In this document: in pieces, positions 14,704 to 28,186 of the stretch | Layout of the letters: each line of letters starts with the position of its first letter | Position numbering within the stretch: the first letter of the stretch is position 1 | Assembly: GCA_964016885.1 (NCBI GenBank) | Contig: OZ024740.1 | Coordinates: forward strand, 164,610,001-164,674,000 | Source of the DNA: Eledone cirrhosa | Lineage: Eukaryota | DNA: 64,000 nucleotides | Reading direction: 5' to 3' | Made by a program: the position numbers and the translations under genes | Notes under the pieces: generated by a model | The model's input: only the letters and a program-made list of their open reading frames with translations | What the model was told of the DNA's origin: nothing | The model's database searches: none

Positions 14704-15898
14704 TGACCCCGCGGGGGGGGGGGGGGCTAGGGCTATAACACACCACTTGCCTATTTTGTAATGGGTAACCCCTGCTTGCCAATGGAGACGTAAGATCTTC
14801 TTCTACATTCTTTTATCGCTTCCTCTATATTTCCTTCTTCCCCCATCCCTCCCTAGTCTCTCTACTCCAGTTCCTTTTCCTTGTCATCGTCTTTTTCTCG
14901 CCCACCCGAGGTAGCCCCTCGGTCCCTTGTAGCTTCAGCACCCCCACCCCCTCCCCTATTCTATGATAGATTTGGCTGACTCCGCTTTTAATAGCAGAGG
15001 TGTTTGTACTTCGGATACTTGCCCCCTTCTCCGACCGCTGTCCCTTTTTTCCGTGCCTTCTATATTTCTTAGTGGCATCTTTGCTTTAATTTCTCGTTTA
15101 TCCAGTATTTCTTTCTTCTTTTTCTCTTTTTTTTATGGGGGGGGGGGGTGTTTCTGTATTAATTTTCCGTTCTTTACTTTCACTTCGTACGATCTTTCAT
15201 GTAGCTTGTATAAGATTTTTTTTTTCGTGGCTGTACCCTTAGAGTTAGCATTAGTATTTTTTTGCGGGACTCTGAATTATATTCTCGTACTAGTTTACTC
15301 TCTTGCACTGGGTGGTTGCTGGCCCTGTGACTGGGGTAGAAACCTTTATTATTTCGTGGTAGTCTCTTTAGTATTTTGGCCCCCCATTTGTTGACCCGTC
15401 ACCGTACGATACACGCACTTATACCTCGTATAAGGGTCCCTTTATTTCCGTCCCACCTAGTTTATTTTTATTATTATTATTTATTTTTTTATTCTTTATT
15501 ATATTTTTTTAAAATTTATTTATCTATTCTTTTATTCACTTATTTGTTTATTTATTTATTTATGTATTTCTTTAGCCTAGCAATAGCGAGAGACTTAAGT
15601 CTTAGTAACTAGATTTTTTTTTTTTTTCATTCTCAGTACTTCTTATAGTTTTACCCTTCATTGTTCTACTTACCGTTTCGACTTCCTCCCCTCCCCCTCC
15701 CCAGTATCCTCTTTGACGTCACGCCCCGCTGTAGCTCGCACTACCAACGCATGAATGGATCTACTCCACCGTCTCTCCCTTTTTCTCCTACCGGCAGGTT
15801 TATCTACCCCTTCCCCCACCAATTTGCCATCACAGATTTACTACTAACTTGTGAGGTGACCAATCCTGGTGATTATCTCTTTGACCATATATGGAATT

Positions 15899-15992
15899 AC
15901 CCCTTGATAAGCTCCGCTATTTAAATACCAGAATAAATTTTCATTCAGTCCAGAATTAGCCGTCGAAACGGCTTTAGCTCAGCCGTCGGGGT
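15899..15992 (+). ncRNA. Hammerhead ribozyme, U3:A8 core variant (PLE2 3' pLTR)
   Basis: acccc-TTGATAA-...-GAAA-cggct ttagctc agccg-TC-ggggt; predicted cleavage after 15987. Confidence 0.8.
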
Positions 15993-16024
15993 CTTACTTG
16001 TTCCTATATATATATATATATATA

Positions 16025-16285
16025 GTGGTGGAACACTGGAAGGTAATATCCGTAGTGGTAGAGCACTCAGTCCAAGGGACGAGTTAGGTAGAAGAGGTTA
16101 CACAACAGTTAGTTCACCATACCGAGAACAATTGTTTCACCTTCGCGGATCTTCAGCTCGGGATGTGTATAGGAACAGGAGGGACAACCGTACGAACGTG
16201 CATGCGCAGAAACACGGTCACTTCACACAGGCAATACTAGACTGCGTGCGGGAGGTGTAAGGGAGATAACTGTGAAAGTCCGGAA
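16025..16285 (-). mobile_element. PLE3-family (C) 3'-end fragment with tail
   Basis: Reverse complement is homologous to 19490-19723; lies between TA runs. Confidence 0.85.
16122..16161 (-). ncRNA. Minimal hammerhead ribozyme (family C)
   Basis: Minus strand: ccgag-CTGAAGA-tccgcgaaggt-GAAA-caattg-TT-ctcgg; palindromic acaattgt. Confidence 0.82.
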
Positions 16286-16297
16286 ATATATATATAT

Positions 16298-16625
16298 ATT
16301 ATTCAAAACGTTAACGAATGAAATATATTCTCATAATCAAAATATATACTTTATTATACATATTTCAAAGATACTCTGCTGTTTAAGTACGTTTTCATCA
16401 GACAAAATATATGATTTGATATGTGACATACCACTACGGTCTTGATTATTCAATTCCAGTACTGCCAGTACTGGAATTGCTTATATTTTGATTATGAGAA
16501 TATTTTTCATTTGTCAACATTTTGAATAATATTAAAAACTCCAAGAAAACCCACTGTTGAGTGCTTCTAACCAATGTAAAATTGTATTCTTTGAGTAATC
16601 AACGAACCACACTAATCTTTGGTTA
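16298..16625 (+). mobile_element. Fold-back PLE end (family E) with tail
   Basis: Arms about 16298-16350 and 16480-16532, tail 16533-16625, TA on both sides. Confidence 0.75.
16345..16411 (-). ncRNA. Type I hammerhead ribozyme (family E)
   Basis: Minus strand: atatattttgt-CTGATGA-aaacgtact..agtatcttt-GAAA-tatgta-TA-ataaagtatat; 11-bp stem I. Confidence 0.85.
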
Positions 16626-16649
16626 TATAAATAAATATATATATATATA

Positions 16650-17143
16650 TAACAAATAGCTTTATCACTCTACATGGCTGTATACAAGAAATGTAAATCT
16701 GAGATTCTCAAATATAATTAATAATATTTGCTTCGTTTGCAATTATGCAAACGGCTTCTTAACATATGTAAATTGAACAACCTCGTCATTCTTGCTCATG
16801 TGCTCCCATTTAAAGATTACGGCAGGCACTAATATTTCTGACTGATTATGCTTCCTCAGTACCGTATACTGTTTACCTACCAACTGCCAGAAATATATGA
16901 TATTTTCTGGAATATACAATGACTGATCGGCCTGATTTGCATATTAGCAGACCCATTGATGAGCCAGATTTTCATATCAGCCGATAGGCTAGTCAGTGTT
17001 ATGTATACGAGCGATTAATAGCCGGCTTTGCGATATTCAAAAGCAAGAATGACCAGGTTGTTCTTCTCACATGGTTTAAGAGGCTGTTTGCATAATTGTA
17101 AACGAATCGAATATTATTATTAATATTCGAAAAACTCAGATTC

Positions 17144-17145
<2 letters not shown>
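16650..17145 (-). mobile_element. Fold-back PLE end (family H) with degenerate hammerhead at 16818-16866
   Basis: Arms about 16695-16795 and 17042-17142. Minus strand tacggta-CTGAGGA-..-GAAA-tattagtg-CC-tgccgta (cleavage triplet mutated). Homologue at 21388-21830. Confidence 0.7.
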
Positions 17146-17178
<33 letters not shown>

Positions 17179-17219
17179 CAACCCATGCTAGCGTGGAAGA
17201 ACGGTGATGATGATGATGA

Positions 17220-17266
<47 letters not shown>

Positions 17267-17519
17267 TATATATGTCTCTCTATTTCTTATGTGTATGTGT
17301 GTGTTAAGAAATATTTCTGTATGTGAAGTCCTATTAAGTGTTTGTAATTTATGTTAGTATTCAACAAGCACACAGAAGAAACGTACACACACAAACACAC
17401 ACGCTCATACAAACACGCACACACACGCAGAAGACACATACACAAGCATGCAAGAATCCATATATTCTTGCAGCAAAATAATATTATTGAGATCTTATTA
17501 TATGCTTACATACATACAA

Positions 17520-17590
<71 letters not shown>

Positions 17591-18024
17591 AGTGTGCGTG
17601 TGTGTAAATATATATGTGTGTATGTGGGCATGCGTGTGTGTTTGTGAGTATGCGTGTTTACATGTGCCATGGCATGTAACAATATACAGAAAATGAGTGA
17701 GTGAGGGATAGGATTTGAAGGAGAAATGGGAGGAGTGGAAGCGAGGAAAAAGTATGGCATATAAATCATTGTCTGTATACATTTACACATTTCACAGCAT
17801 CCATATGATATGTGCATGAACACAAGAACTTGTACATGTGCTTATATATTCAAGGCAAATACGTGTATGTATTATGTCAATGTTCAAATTTCAATGCATT
17901 TTACGTAGAAATATACGCATATTAAGTAACGTATACATAAACTCATAAACTCATAAACTCATATGTGTTATAATATATATATATATATATGCGTGTATGT
18001 GTGTGTGTGTGCGCGTGTGTATAA

Positions 18025-19863
<1,839 letters not shown>

Positions 19864-20044
19864 TATATTTATATGCACACCAGCATATATATATGCATAC
19901 ACACACATAAACACACATGCACACACAGACACAGACACTCGCGCGCACACATATATATAGATATATCATTAAGGGAAATTAGAATTATGCTTTGATAATT
20001 TTTCTTTGAATGTTCTTCTAAACAACAGCATTATTGTTTGCAAT

Positions 20045-20256
20045 AGGGGGATTGTCAATATCGGTAGAGCGTCTAACACCATGCTTTATGGCATATAGTC
20101 ACCTCTCTGTATGTTATGAGTTCAAATCCCATCGTCGTTAGCATTTCCTTCATCTTTAAGGGGTCGATAAAATAGAATACCAGTAAGGCACTGGGGATGA
20201 TTTATTTGACATTGCCTACCAATTGTTGGCTTTATGCCTTAATCCCAAACCATTAA
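20045..20256 (+). mobile_element. Diverged tRNA-derived SINE
   Basis: B box gagttcaaatccc and central ccttcatc..ggggtcgataaaata..acc block shared with the young copies. Confidence 0.75.
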
Positions 20257-20360
20257 TGTTTGCAATATAGAATTATTTCACGCATTGGATTATTCTCTAC
20301 ATTATTTGCATAGCTGTTCTTAAGCTGTCAGATTTATCCCCGTCTATTCTTTATGGAGAA

Positions 20361-20590
20361 TTAGACCACCTGTGACCCGTTGGGTCACGTTCGATTAAAA
20401 ATATATTTAAAAAAAATCATGTTCATTTAAAAATAATTTTTAAATGATTAAAGTATACAGACATGTCTTTCTTTCAATCTATTCTCTCACAGCCACTATC
20501 TCTTTCTATCTTTTTCTCTGTCTATTTATGAATGTACCCGGAAAACCTCCGTATCTCGGGAATGCGTGCTCTGATTTACACGAAACTTGT
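20361..20590 (+). mobile_element. Second copy of the Helitron/HINE-like repeat
   Basis: Homologous to 1050-1150 plus 1510-1640; gtgacccgttgggtcac hairpin near the start. Confidence 0.4.
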
Positions 20591-21335
20591 ATTGAATTAC
20601 AGGCAAAACACAATCACAGAGTTTTAGTAGACCGATAGATATATGTGCAAGATATACTTGCTTGTAAAAATTGGCTGCATTACACTGATGTCTTGGCATA
20701 TGTTTACCATTATTAATTAGCCGTAGAAGAAATACATGTTTCCCGCCCTAATACATTTTTCTTTGCATTTATATATGTATTTTGATACATATAAGCTGGT
20801 CGGTTTTCTTTCAATTCTCGACGGGAAAACGTTTACCTCGTGCTAGGTTTTATAATCATTGCTAAGTTTGCTATAATGTAACATCAGATTTGTTAAAAAT
20901 ACAACTAAAAGAAAAAAGCACCCGAGAATCCCTACCCGCAAAACATAAAACTCTTAAAGTAAATCTATAAATTATGAAGTTTAATTATGAATAGATACCA
21001 GCCCAAATACCCCGCAAGAAATGGTGTATTGGATTTTATATTAGTCATATTTATTTCATTCATTTATTACTGATTCCATTCTGTGGACGTGAACTGTTGC
21101 TACTTAGAATGTATAGGTACAAAAATTTTGCCGCTGTGCCATTTCTTACAACACACTAAAACTGCCAATTTAGTCACTTAACCTGTTTGACATAAATTAA
21201 AAATTCACCCCAAGCGAGAAAAACTTAACACATAGTCATGATTGCAATGCCCGAGGAATAGGACACGATACACGACTTTGACACACATACGTACACAAAC
21301 ACACGCATACACACTCACCCACCTACACACGCAAC

Positions 21336-21387
<52 letters not shown>

Positions 21388-21389
<2 letters not shown>

Positions 21390-21827
21390 TAATCTGAGTT
21401 TTTCGAATATTCATAATATAGGCAAAGGCCAGTAATTTGGGGGAGGGGAAAGTCGAATAAATCGACCCCAGTACATCCGTAAAGATGAAAGGCAAAGTTA
21501 ACCTCGGCAGGATTTGAACTCAGAACGTAAAGGTGCGTAACTCTATGCCGCGAAGCATGTCCGACACTCTACCGATGTGCCAATCCGCTGCCCTTCGAAT
21601 ATCAATAATAATATTCGATTCGTTTGCAATCATGGAAACATCCTCTTTAGCTATGTGAGTAGAATTAACCCGCCAATCTTGCTCCTCTGTTGGCATGTAA
21701 ACAGAACTGCAGACACTAATGCTCAAAGTAACTGTTTCCATCATTGCAAACGAATCGAATATTATTGTTAATATTCGAAAAACTCAGACTACATTTATTG
21801 TATTCAGCCATGTAGAGTGATAACCTT

Positions 21828-21830
<3 letters not shown>
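21388..21830 (+). mobile_element. Fold-back PLE end (family H) interrupted by a SINE
   Basis: Arms 21594-21650 and 21720-21788, tail to 21830; SINE inserted with an approximately 17-bp duplication ttcgaatattcataata / ttcgaatatcaataata. Confidence 0.75.
21421..21593 (-). mobile_element. tRNA-derived SINE
   Basis: Reverse complement starts ggcagcggattggcacatcggtagag; B box gagttcaaatcc. Confidence 0.85.
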
Positions 21831-21907
<77 letters not shown>

Positions 21908-21910
21908 ATA

Positions 21911-21972
<62 letters not shown>

Positions 21973-21973
<1 letters not shown>

Positions 21974-22082
21974 AGGTTAACTTTGCCTTTCATCCTTACG
22001 GGGTCGATAAAATAAAGTACCAGTAATGCACTGGTGAATTGCTGGCCTTGTGCCTAAAGTAGTAACAATTATTATTATTATT
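21973..22082 (+). mobile_element. SINE 3' half with (ATT)n tail
   Basis: ggttaactttgcctttcatccttacggggtcgataaaataaagtacc...ggccttgtgcctaaagtag..attattatt. Confidence 0.9.
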
Positions 22083-22285
22083 GGTCTAATCGGACGTCTT
22101 TTGCTCGCTCCCAGTAAGTTGCTTTATTGGTCTGTTAAAATTATTTGTTGTTAAATATTTCTTGTTCTGTAGGGAATATAAGCCCTTAGACTTTGCCCTT
22201 TGAAGGGGAAAGTATAATATTTGGGCCTTTTGGCCCAAATATATGAACATTTTTCTTTAAAAGAAAAAATTATAAAAGAATAAAA

Positions 22286-24292
22286 ATGGCTGAGCCACGC
22301 CCCTCAGCAATAAGTCTGCTGTAGTGTGACAACGGCGTAAAGGTTGAGAGGAGGGTTAGTGAAATTCATACCACAGACACCACCACAAACAAGGTGAACA
22401 AAGACAACAACACTGAGAACACTAATTTTGAAAAAATTATCACTCCAACTACAACAATAACAGCGTCAACCAAAATACAGACAACAGAAAAAAATGTCAA
22501 AAAATGCAATACGATATTAACACCACTAACAAGAAAATAAACAACGACAACACCAACAGCAACAATACAAATTGCAACGAAAACAACAACAATGGTGGCA
22601 CCAAAAACACAACCAACTACAACAGTGATAAGAGCAACAACACAAACAACACCGTTTGTTGCAGTAATAACAGCAACAGCACCAACAACAAGACCAGTAA
22701 CAGCAGTAGCGGCAGCATAATGGTGCCGCTGAAAAAGGGGGCACTTCTTTCGCAGGTGTGGGCCGAAATATAGAGACAGTGCTAGTCGCGGAGGAGGAGA
22801 TGGCAGTCACAAGAGCCATGGTGTCGAGAAACGACAATAGAGTTTTCCTGAAACCTCCACCCGATTTCTTCAAAGACCAGCAGCTGCGCACGTTGACTTA
22901 GCGCACCGTAAGCAAAATGTCACATCGGGTGGAGAGAGCTACAGAGGCTCAAATCCAAAAGACCTTTGGGTGCCTCTGGGTGCACAAAACCCACATCACC
23001 CGAGGCAAAAAGTACGCCACAGTAGACGTACATTTCGCCACCCCTCAAGAGGCGAAGTCTCGCTCTGTGGAAACCTTAAGAGTGAGGAGATAGTCTTGGT
23101 GCCCTCCTACTGGGGGCAGAAAATTCTGAGGGTCAAAGTGACCCAGGTCACGCCCGACGTCCCCATACCTTGGCTGGCCGCGTCTGTACTGGCTGGAATC
23201 GAGGAGAAGACCACAATACTACAAATACAGAGAATGGGAAGAGAGAACTGGTCAGGAATAGGCATGCAAATGCTAATACAGACTGACCAAGAGTGCATCG
23301 AGGCCATCCCAGACATCATAGACCTCGAAGAAGGGCTCCATCTCCCTATAAGCGTGGAAGGAAGGCGCCCAAAGTGCTATCTCTGTGGGCAGAAGGGTCA
23401 CCTCAGGGCCTTCTGCCCGCAGAAGACAGCCAAGAAGAGGGCCCCCTCCTTCGACGCTTGATACGCTGCTACCAAGAGCATGGCAGGCAACAGAAGCAGA
23501 AGACCCTTCCATGGTGATGAGGAGGGCAACGTCCGTGGCACCCATACCAAGGCCACGGACAACTAAAGCAGCGGCAGCAGTAGCGGCAACACCAACAGTC
23601 GCAGTAGCTACACCGGCGACAAAATCGCCGGAGTGGTCTCCACTACCACTACCAACGGCAGTGGAGCACATACCCCTCCCAGACGCCACGGAATCTGACA
23701 TGGAGTATGAGGCGGGAGGGAAGTGGCAAACGGTCTGCCACAAAAAACAAAAAAGGAAAACCCCTTAGCTTCACCCTCCAACAGCGAAGGCAGACAAAGA
23801 GGGGTAAAGGCTGCAAGGAGACTTGCAGAAACACCACCACCACCATCACCATCACCACCACAAGCATCGCCACACAACAACAACCACACCACCACCGGCA
23901 TCACCTAAAACACCAGCATCACAAATACAACAAAACACACACACCCAACAGCAACAACAAGAAAACAGCAACAAAATCACACCTCCCGCCAAAAAGTACA
24001 CAGCCATAAACATGGCAAATAAAGAACTCTTACAACATATAAAGCAGCACACAGACATCACAGAAAAAAACTACTACACCCCACCAGCACCAAGAACTCT
24101 CCCGACAAATATAAACATCATTAAAATTAAAATAGAACATTAGAAAGTTTTAAAGCAAAAGATCCCCAATGCAGTTGGAGACTTCAGAGGGTCGGTTACC
24201 AAGAGGATATACACCTACATCCTCTTGGAAACACCCATGACCAGCCAAAGGGACAGTTCTAGTGTCCCTTTACGACACGATCAAGGTAAGTG
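22286..24292 (+). pseudogene. LINE ORF1 (gag-like, CCHC zinc knuckle), disrupted
   Basis: ISVEGRRPKCYLCGQKGHLRAFC, WQTVCHKKQKRK, Asn/Thr-rich low-complexity segments; several stops and frameshifts; ends approximate. Confidence 0.8.
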
Positions 24293-24325
24293 ATCCTTTC
24301 TCACTTACCCCACTTCCCATCCAAC

Positions 24326-27300
24326 ATGGCCGTACTTAGTATAGGCAGTATAAATGTACGTGGCATGGGGTTATCTTGGAAGCAGGGTCACCTGCTCAAC
24401 CACCTCAGGTCACTAAATGTAGATGTGGTGGCCATCAGCGAGACCAGAATCTCCGAAGCACGAGCATTCGCACCGATCTTCGGCGGCTAAGATGTATACG
24501 CATCTCCCAGCCGTCCAGGATCGGGGGAAGGAGTTGCTGTGCTTTTCCGGAGAGGCTTGGATCTCGCCATACGGGCCATCTTCCTGGACCCAGAAGGTAA
24601 GTCGGTGGTGCTGGACGTGATCAGCGGTGAAGGCAATGCTTTCAGGCTAGTAGCCGTCTACGCCACAACAGGGGCAGGACAGCCAGATTTATTCAGACGT
24701 CTAGGGACCTTTCTGGAATGTCCCGCACTGTAGTGTTAGTGGGCGACTGGAACGGTATCTTAGATGCACGCTGGGTTTATGTAGGGGTACAGTCAAAACA
24801 GGAGGGTGTGAAAGCCTCAACAACCTGCTCAGACGTTTTGAACTGTCTGACTGGATTATCTGAATGTGCCAATGTGGACATGGACAAACCGCATCGGGTC
24901 ATCCAGATCGTATTTAGATAGGGTATTCTGTAGGGTAACAGATAAGGCTAGTGTAGGTTGCCCACAATTTAAACTAGTAGACTACACGGACCACACATTT
25001 GTGATCTGTGAAGTTGACTTAGATAGACTCCATAGGCAAGGGCTCGGCTACTGGAAGCTGAACACGTCGTTCCCGGCGCGCAAATCTTACAGAGACCGGA
25101 TAAGCGAATTTGTTAAGCGTGCCTGGAAAGGGCTATTAGAGTAGAATCGATAAGGTTTAGCAAAGTAATGGTGATAGAGGAAAATAGAGTAGAGGGAGAG
25201 TTAGTTAGAAAGCTAGAAGAAGCGTTTAGGACAGGTATCGCAACCGACGTGTTTGCGGCGAGATTGGCACTCGACCAATTCTTCAACGCAAAGCATGAAT
25301 GCTGCGTTGTCAGAGCTAGAACGCGTGCTCTAAGACACGAGGGGACGAAAGCCGTTCAATGGGCCCGGGTGGTGGAGGCGCGACGTTGCAACAAGTCCAC
25401 AATTCGGTCTTTGCCTGATCAAAACGGGCGCATGTTGCTTGAACTCGAGCAGATGCGTGTGGCTTTTCAACAGCACATTGCTCAATTGTAAGGGAGCGGC
25501 GGCGGGCCGGACGGAGTATCGGTTTCGGTGAATACCTCTACGGACTGCCGCGGCTCTCGACGACCGCAGCTCAGTGTTGCGAAAAGCCGATAAGAGCAGG
25601 TGAAATACGGGAAGCGATGTCTGACTGCACGAGGGGTAAATCGCCAGGTTTGGATGGTCTGCCCTACGAGCTTTATGCGTATATGCCAGACTTGTTCGGC
25701 GACTTCTTGGCAGATATCTACTGCAACTGGCAGCAGAACGGGAGAATTCCCAGCTTTGTGAGCCGGGGAGCGGTGGCGCTGCTGAGAAAAGACCCGAACA
25801 AGAAGGACGTTATAGACAACTTTAGGCCCATAACTCTGCTAAACGCAGAGTTTAAGATTTTGGCCAAGGTGTTAGCAAAGAGATTGGCGCTTGTCGTCGG
25901 TGATCTGGTGGGAGAGGCGCAGACGTGCGCCATTCCGGACAGATCCATCTACGACAACCTCCATCTATACGATACATCATAGAGAGGGTTGTTAAGGAAC
26001 CTGGCGCGGGTGGGGCCCTGATCAACTTGGATCAATCTAAAGCATTTGATAGGTTCAACCATCGGTACCTGGCTGCGTTCTTCGAGGTGCCCGGCTTCGG
26101 CCCCGTTTTTAGGGGCTGGATCGCTGCGATAGACAGCGACATCTTCTCGATTGTGAGGGTGAATGGTCACCTGTCGCAGCCTTTCAGCATCATGCGCTCG
26201 TTCCGCCAGGGTTTACCCCTCTCGTCCCTATTGTACCTACTGGCCTTCGAGTCGTTACTGCACAAGTTGGAGACGATGAGGGGGGTCTCACGCGAACTGG
26301 GATGCGGGAGATCCGTGTCAGCTTACGCCGACGACGTCAGCGAGGTGATGTCGAGCATCAAACACGTTCAGAGGCTCGGCACCGCTCTCAAGAAATACGA
26401 AGCGGTGACAGGAGCAAAGATAAACCAGGAATCGTCGGTGGGCTTGCAACTCGGCACCTGGAGAGGCAAGTCCATGCCGTCCGACAGCGTCGTGGGGCGC
26501 TAGATAGAAGGACCGATTAAATTGCTCGGGGTCTGGTTCGGTCCGGACATCCAGATGGAGAAAAAACTGGAGCGAGGTGACGAGCAGGGTGGCCTCTCTC
26601 ACCCAGAAATGAGCCGAGAGGAGGCTGTCTCTGAAAGGTCGGGCGGAGGTGGAGAATGCGTACATAGCATCCGTCATCTGCTACCGCCTCACCGTTGTAC
26701 CTTGCCCCCGCCCAACTCTGATCAAAATGGAGCGCCTTTTCTTCTTCTTTTTGTCGAAGGGGCGTGTTCCCATGGTCAGACGATCCATTTTCTGTCAACA
26801 CCCGTTGCGTGGAGGACTAGGCATGCCATGGCTGATGATGTGCAAACATGCACTGAGGCTGCGACATCTCTGGTGCTTCCTTGAAGGGGAACAGGTGTGG
26901 TCGCCGTTTGCTTAGAAGCGCTTTCCTCCAGCTCGTCTCCTTGACGGAGCTGCAGTTCTGGATCAGGAAAAGACCGAGGGATAGCGCTTGGAAGCTGGAA
27001 TGTCTCCAAGCGCTCACCGCCCTCTACCAGCTCGGCACTAGTATCGGTGTAACATCCACATCGGCGTTCTATAGAGGGCTAGTGGAGGGAAAGAGCGACG
27101 ACATTCTCGGGGAAACCGTGGGCGTCGAAAACTATCAGCTGTTCACTCTCTTGAAGAGAACTTTCACACCGGTGCCTATGGATAACTTCCAGAAATCCCT
27201 GGCCTGGCAGTGCTACCGGGGAGCGTTGTCAGTTCGGGATAAGCTCTATAGTCATGGAGAGGTGCTGTCAGCCGAGCCTGTCCGAGATGCGCGCAGGGAG

Positions 27301-27646
27301 ACGAACCGTGCTGCACGCACTCGTTCAGTGCCCGAGGGTTACTGACCTGTGGAGCTATGTCGAACAGATTCTGTCACGTGTAGAACGGACCATTGTGCCG
27401 ATAGCCCCACCATCCTCCTTTAAAGAGGAGGAAGGACAGGCAATTTTCATCTGCCTGGTGGCCATGGCGAAAGAGATTGTGTGGTGGACAAGGTTGAAAG
27501 GGTTGAAGATGGACACTTTCCTCTTCGGCCAATCCCTGATTAACTTTTTCAAGTTTCATTTGAAGAGGAAAATCAGGGTGGAGAGGCAAGTGCTGTCTTC
27601 TAGTAAGTTTGTTGAAAGGTGGGTGAAAGTGGCGAGTCTGGTCTGA
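24326..27646 (+). pseudogene. LINE ORF2 (APE endonuclease plus reverse transcriptase), disrupted
   Basis: SINVRG, VVAISET, VAVYA, GDWN, YLDRVF, TDH, GYWKLN, GKSPGLDGLPYE, FRPITLLN, LDQSKAFDR, RQGLPLS, YADD, TVLHALVQC. Confidence 0.93.
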
Positions 27647-27994
27647 GTGAACAGGCCCGCTCTGAGTATATGCCTGTAGACTGAGGAGTGGGAAAAGTGA
27701 GAGAGGGCGTTTGCCCTGGTGGTCAGGGTGGCCGTGGTCTTTTGTGTGGTTTTCACCACGAGTGACCCTCGGAGGTTGGGGAATTTTTGTTGTTTGAATT
27801 TTTTTGAATTTCTAGCCCGATTTTGTTATAACCTGTTTACACGACCAAAACCCACTTTGTATCGTCCTGTCCTGTTCTGTGCCGTCGTTTATGTTTTTCT
27901 TCGTGTCAGCCCTTGTGGCCAATAAAGAAACCATTATTATTATGCATAAGTATCGCCCAATGTTAAAGTATATTACTGTTATATAAAATGTTAG

Positions 27995-28186
27995 GGCGGT
28001 GGATTGGCAGTATCGGTAGAGGGTCGGACGCCATGCTTTGACGCATGGAGTTACGGCCCTTGCCCTTCTGAGTTCAAATCCCGCCGAGGTTAACTTTGCC
28101 TTTCATTCTTACGGGGTCGATAAAATAAAGTACCTGTAATAAACTGGGTAATTGCTGGCCTTGTGCCAAAAAGTAGAAACCATTAC
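27995..28186 (+). mobile_element. Full-length tRNA-derived SINE
   Basis: ggcggtggattggcagtatcggtagag (A box region), gagttcaaatcccgcc (B box), 3' ggccttgtgcc..agaaaccatt. Confidence 0.92.

Larger units (their letters stand above)
12385..16004 (+). mobile_element. Penelope-like retrotransposon PLE2
   Basis: Begins near the ribozyme cleavage product (ggggt..tcctattacccactc), then RT-EN coding region, long 3' UTR and hammerhead; ends at ttcc|(TA)n. Confidence 0.93.
22082..27943 (+). mobile_element. Full-length decayed Tx1-like LINE (L1 clade)
   Basis: 5' UTR, ORF1 with CCHC knuckle, ORF2 APE-RT-zinc finger, 3' UTR ending aataaagaaacc(att)n. Confidence 0.92.

Noticed and set aside
27995-28090. 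tRNA gene
   Set aside because: The A and B boxes belong to the SINE head; no full cloverleaf, and it is followed by SINE body and tail
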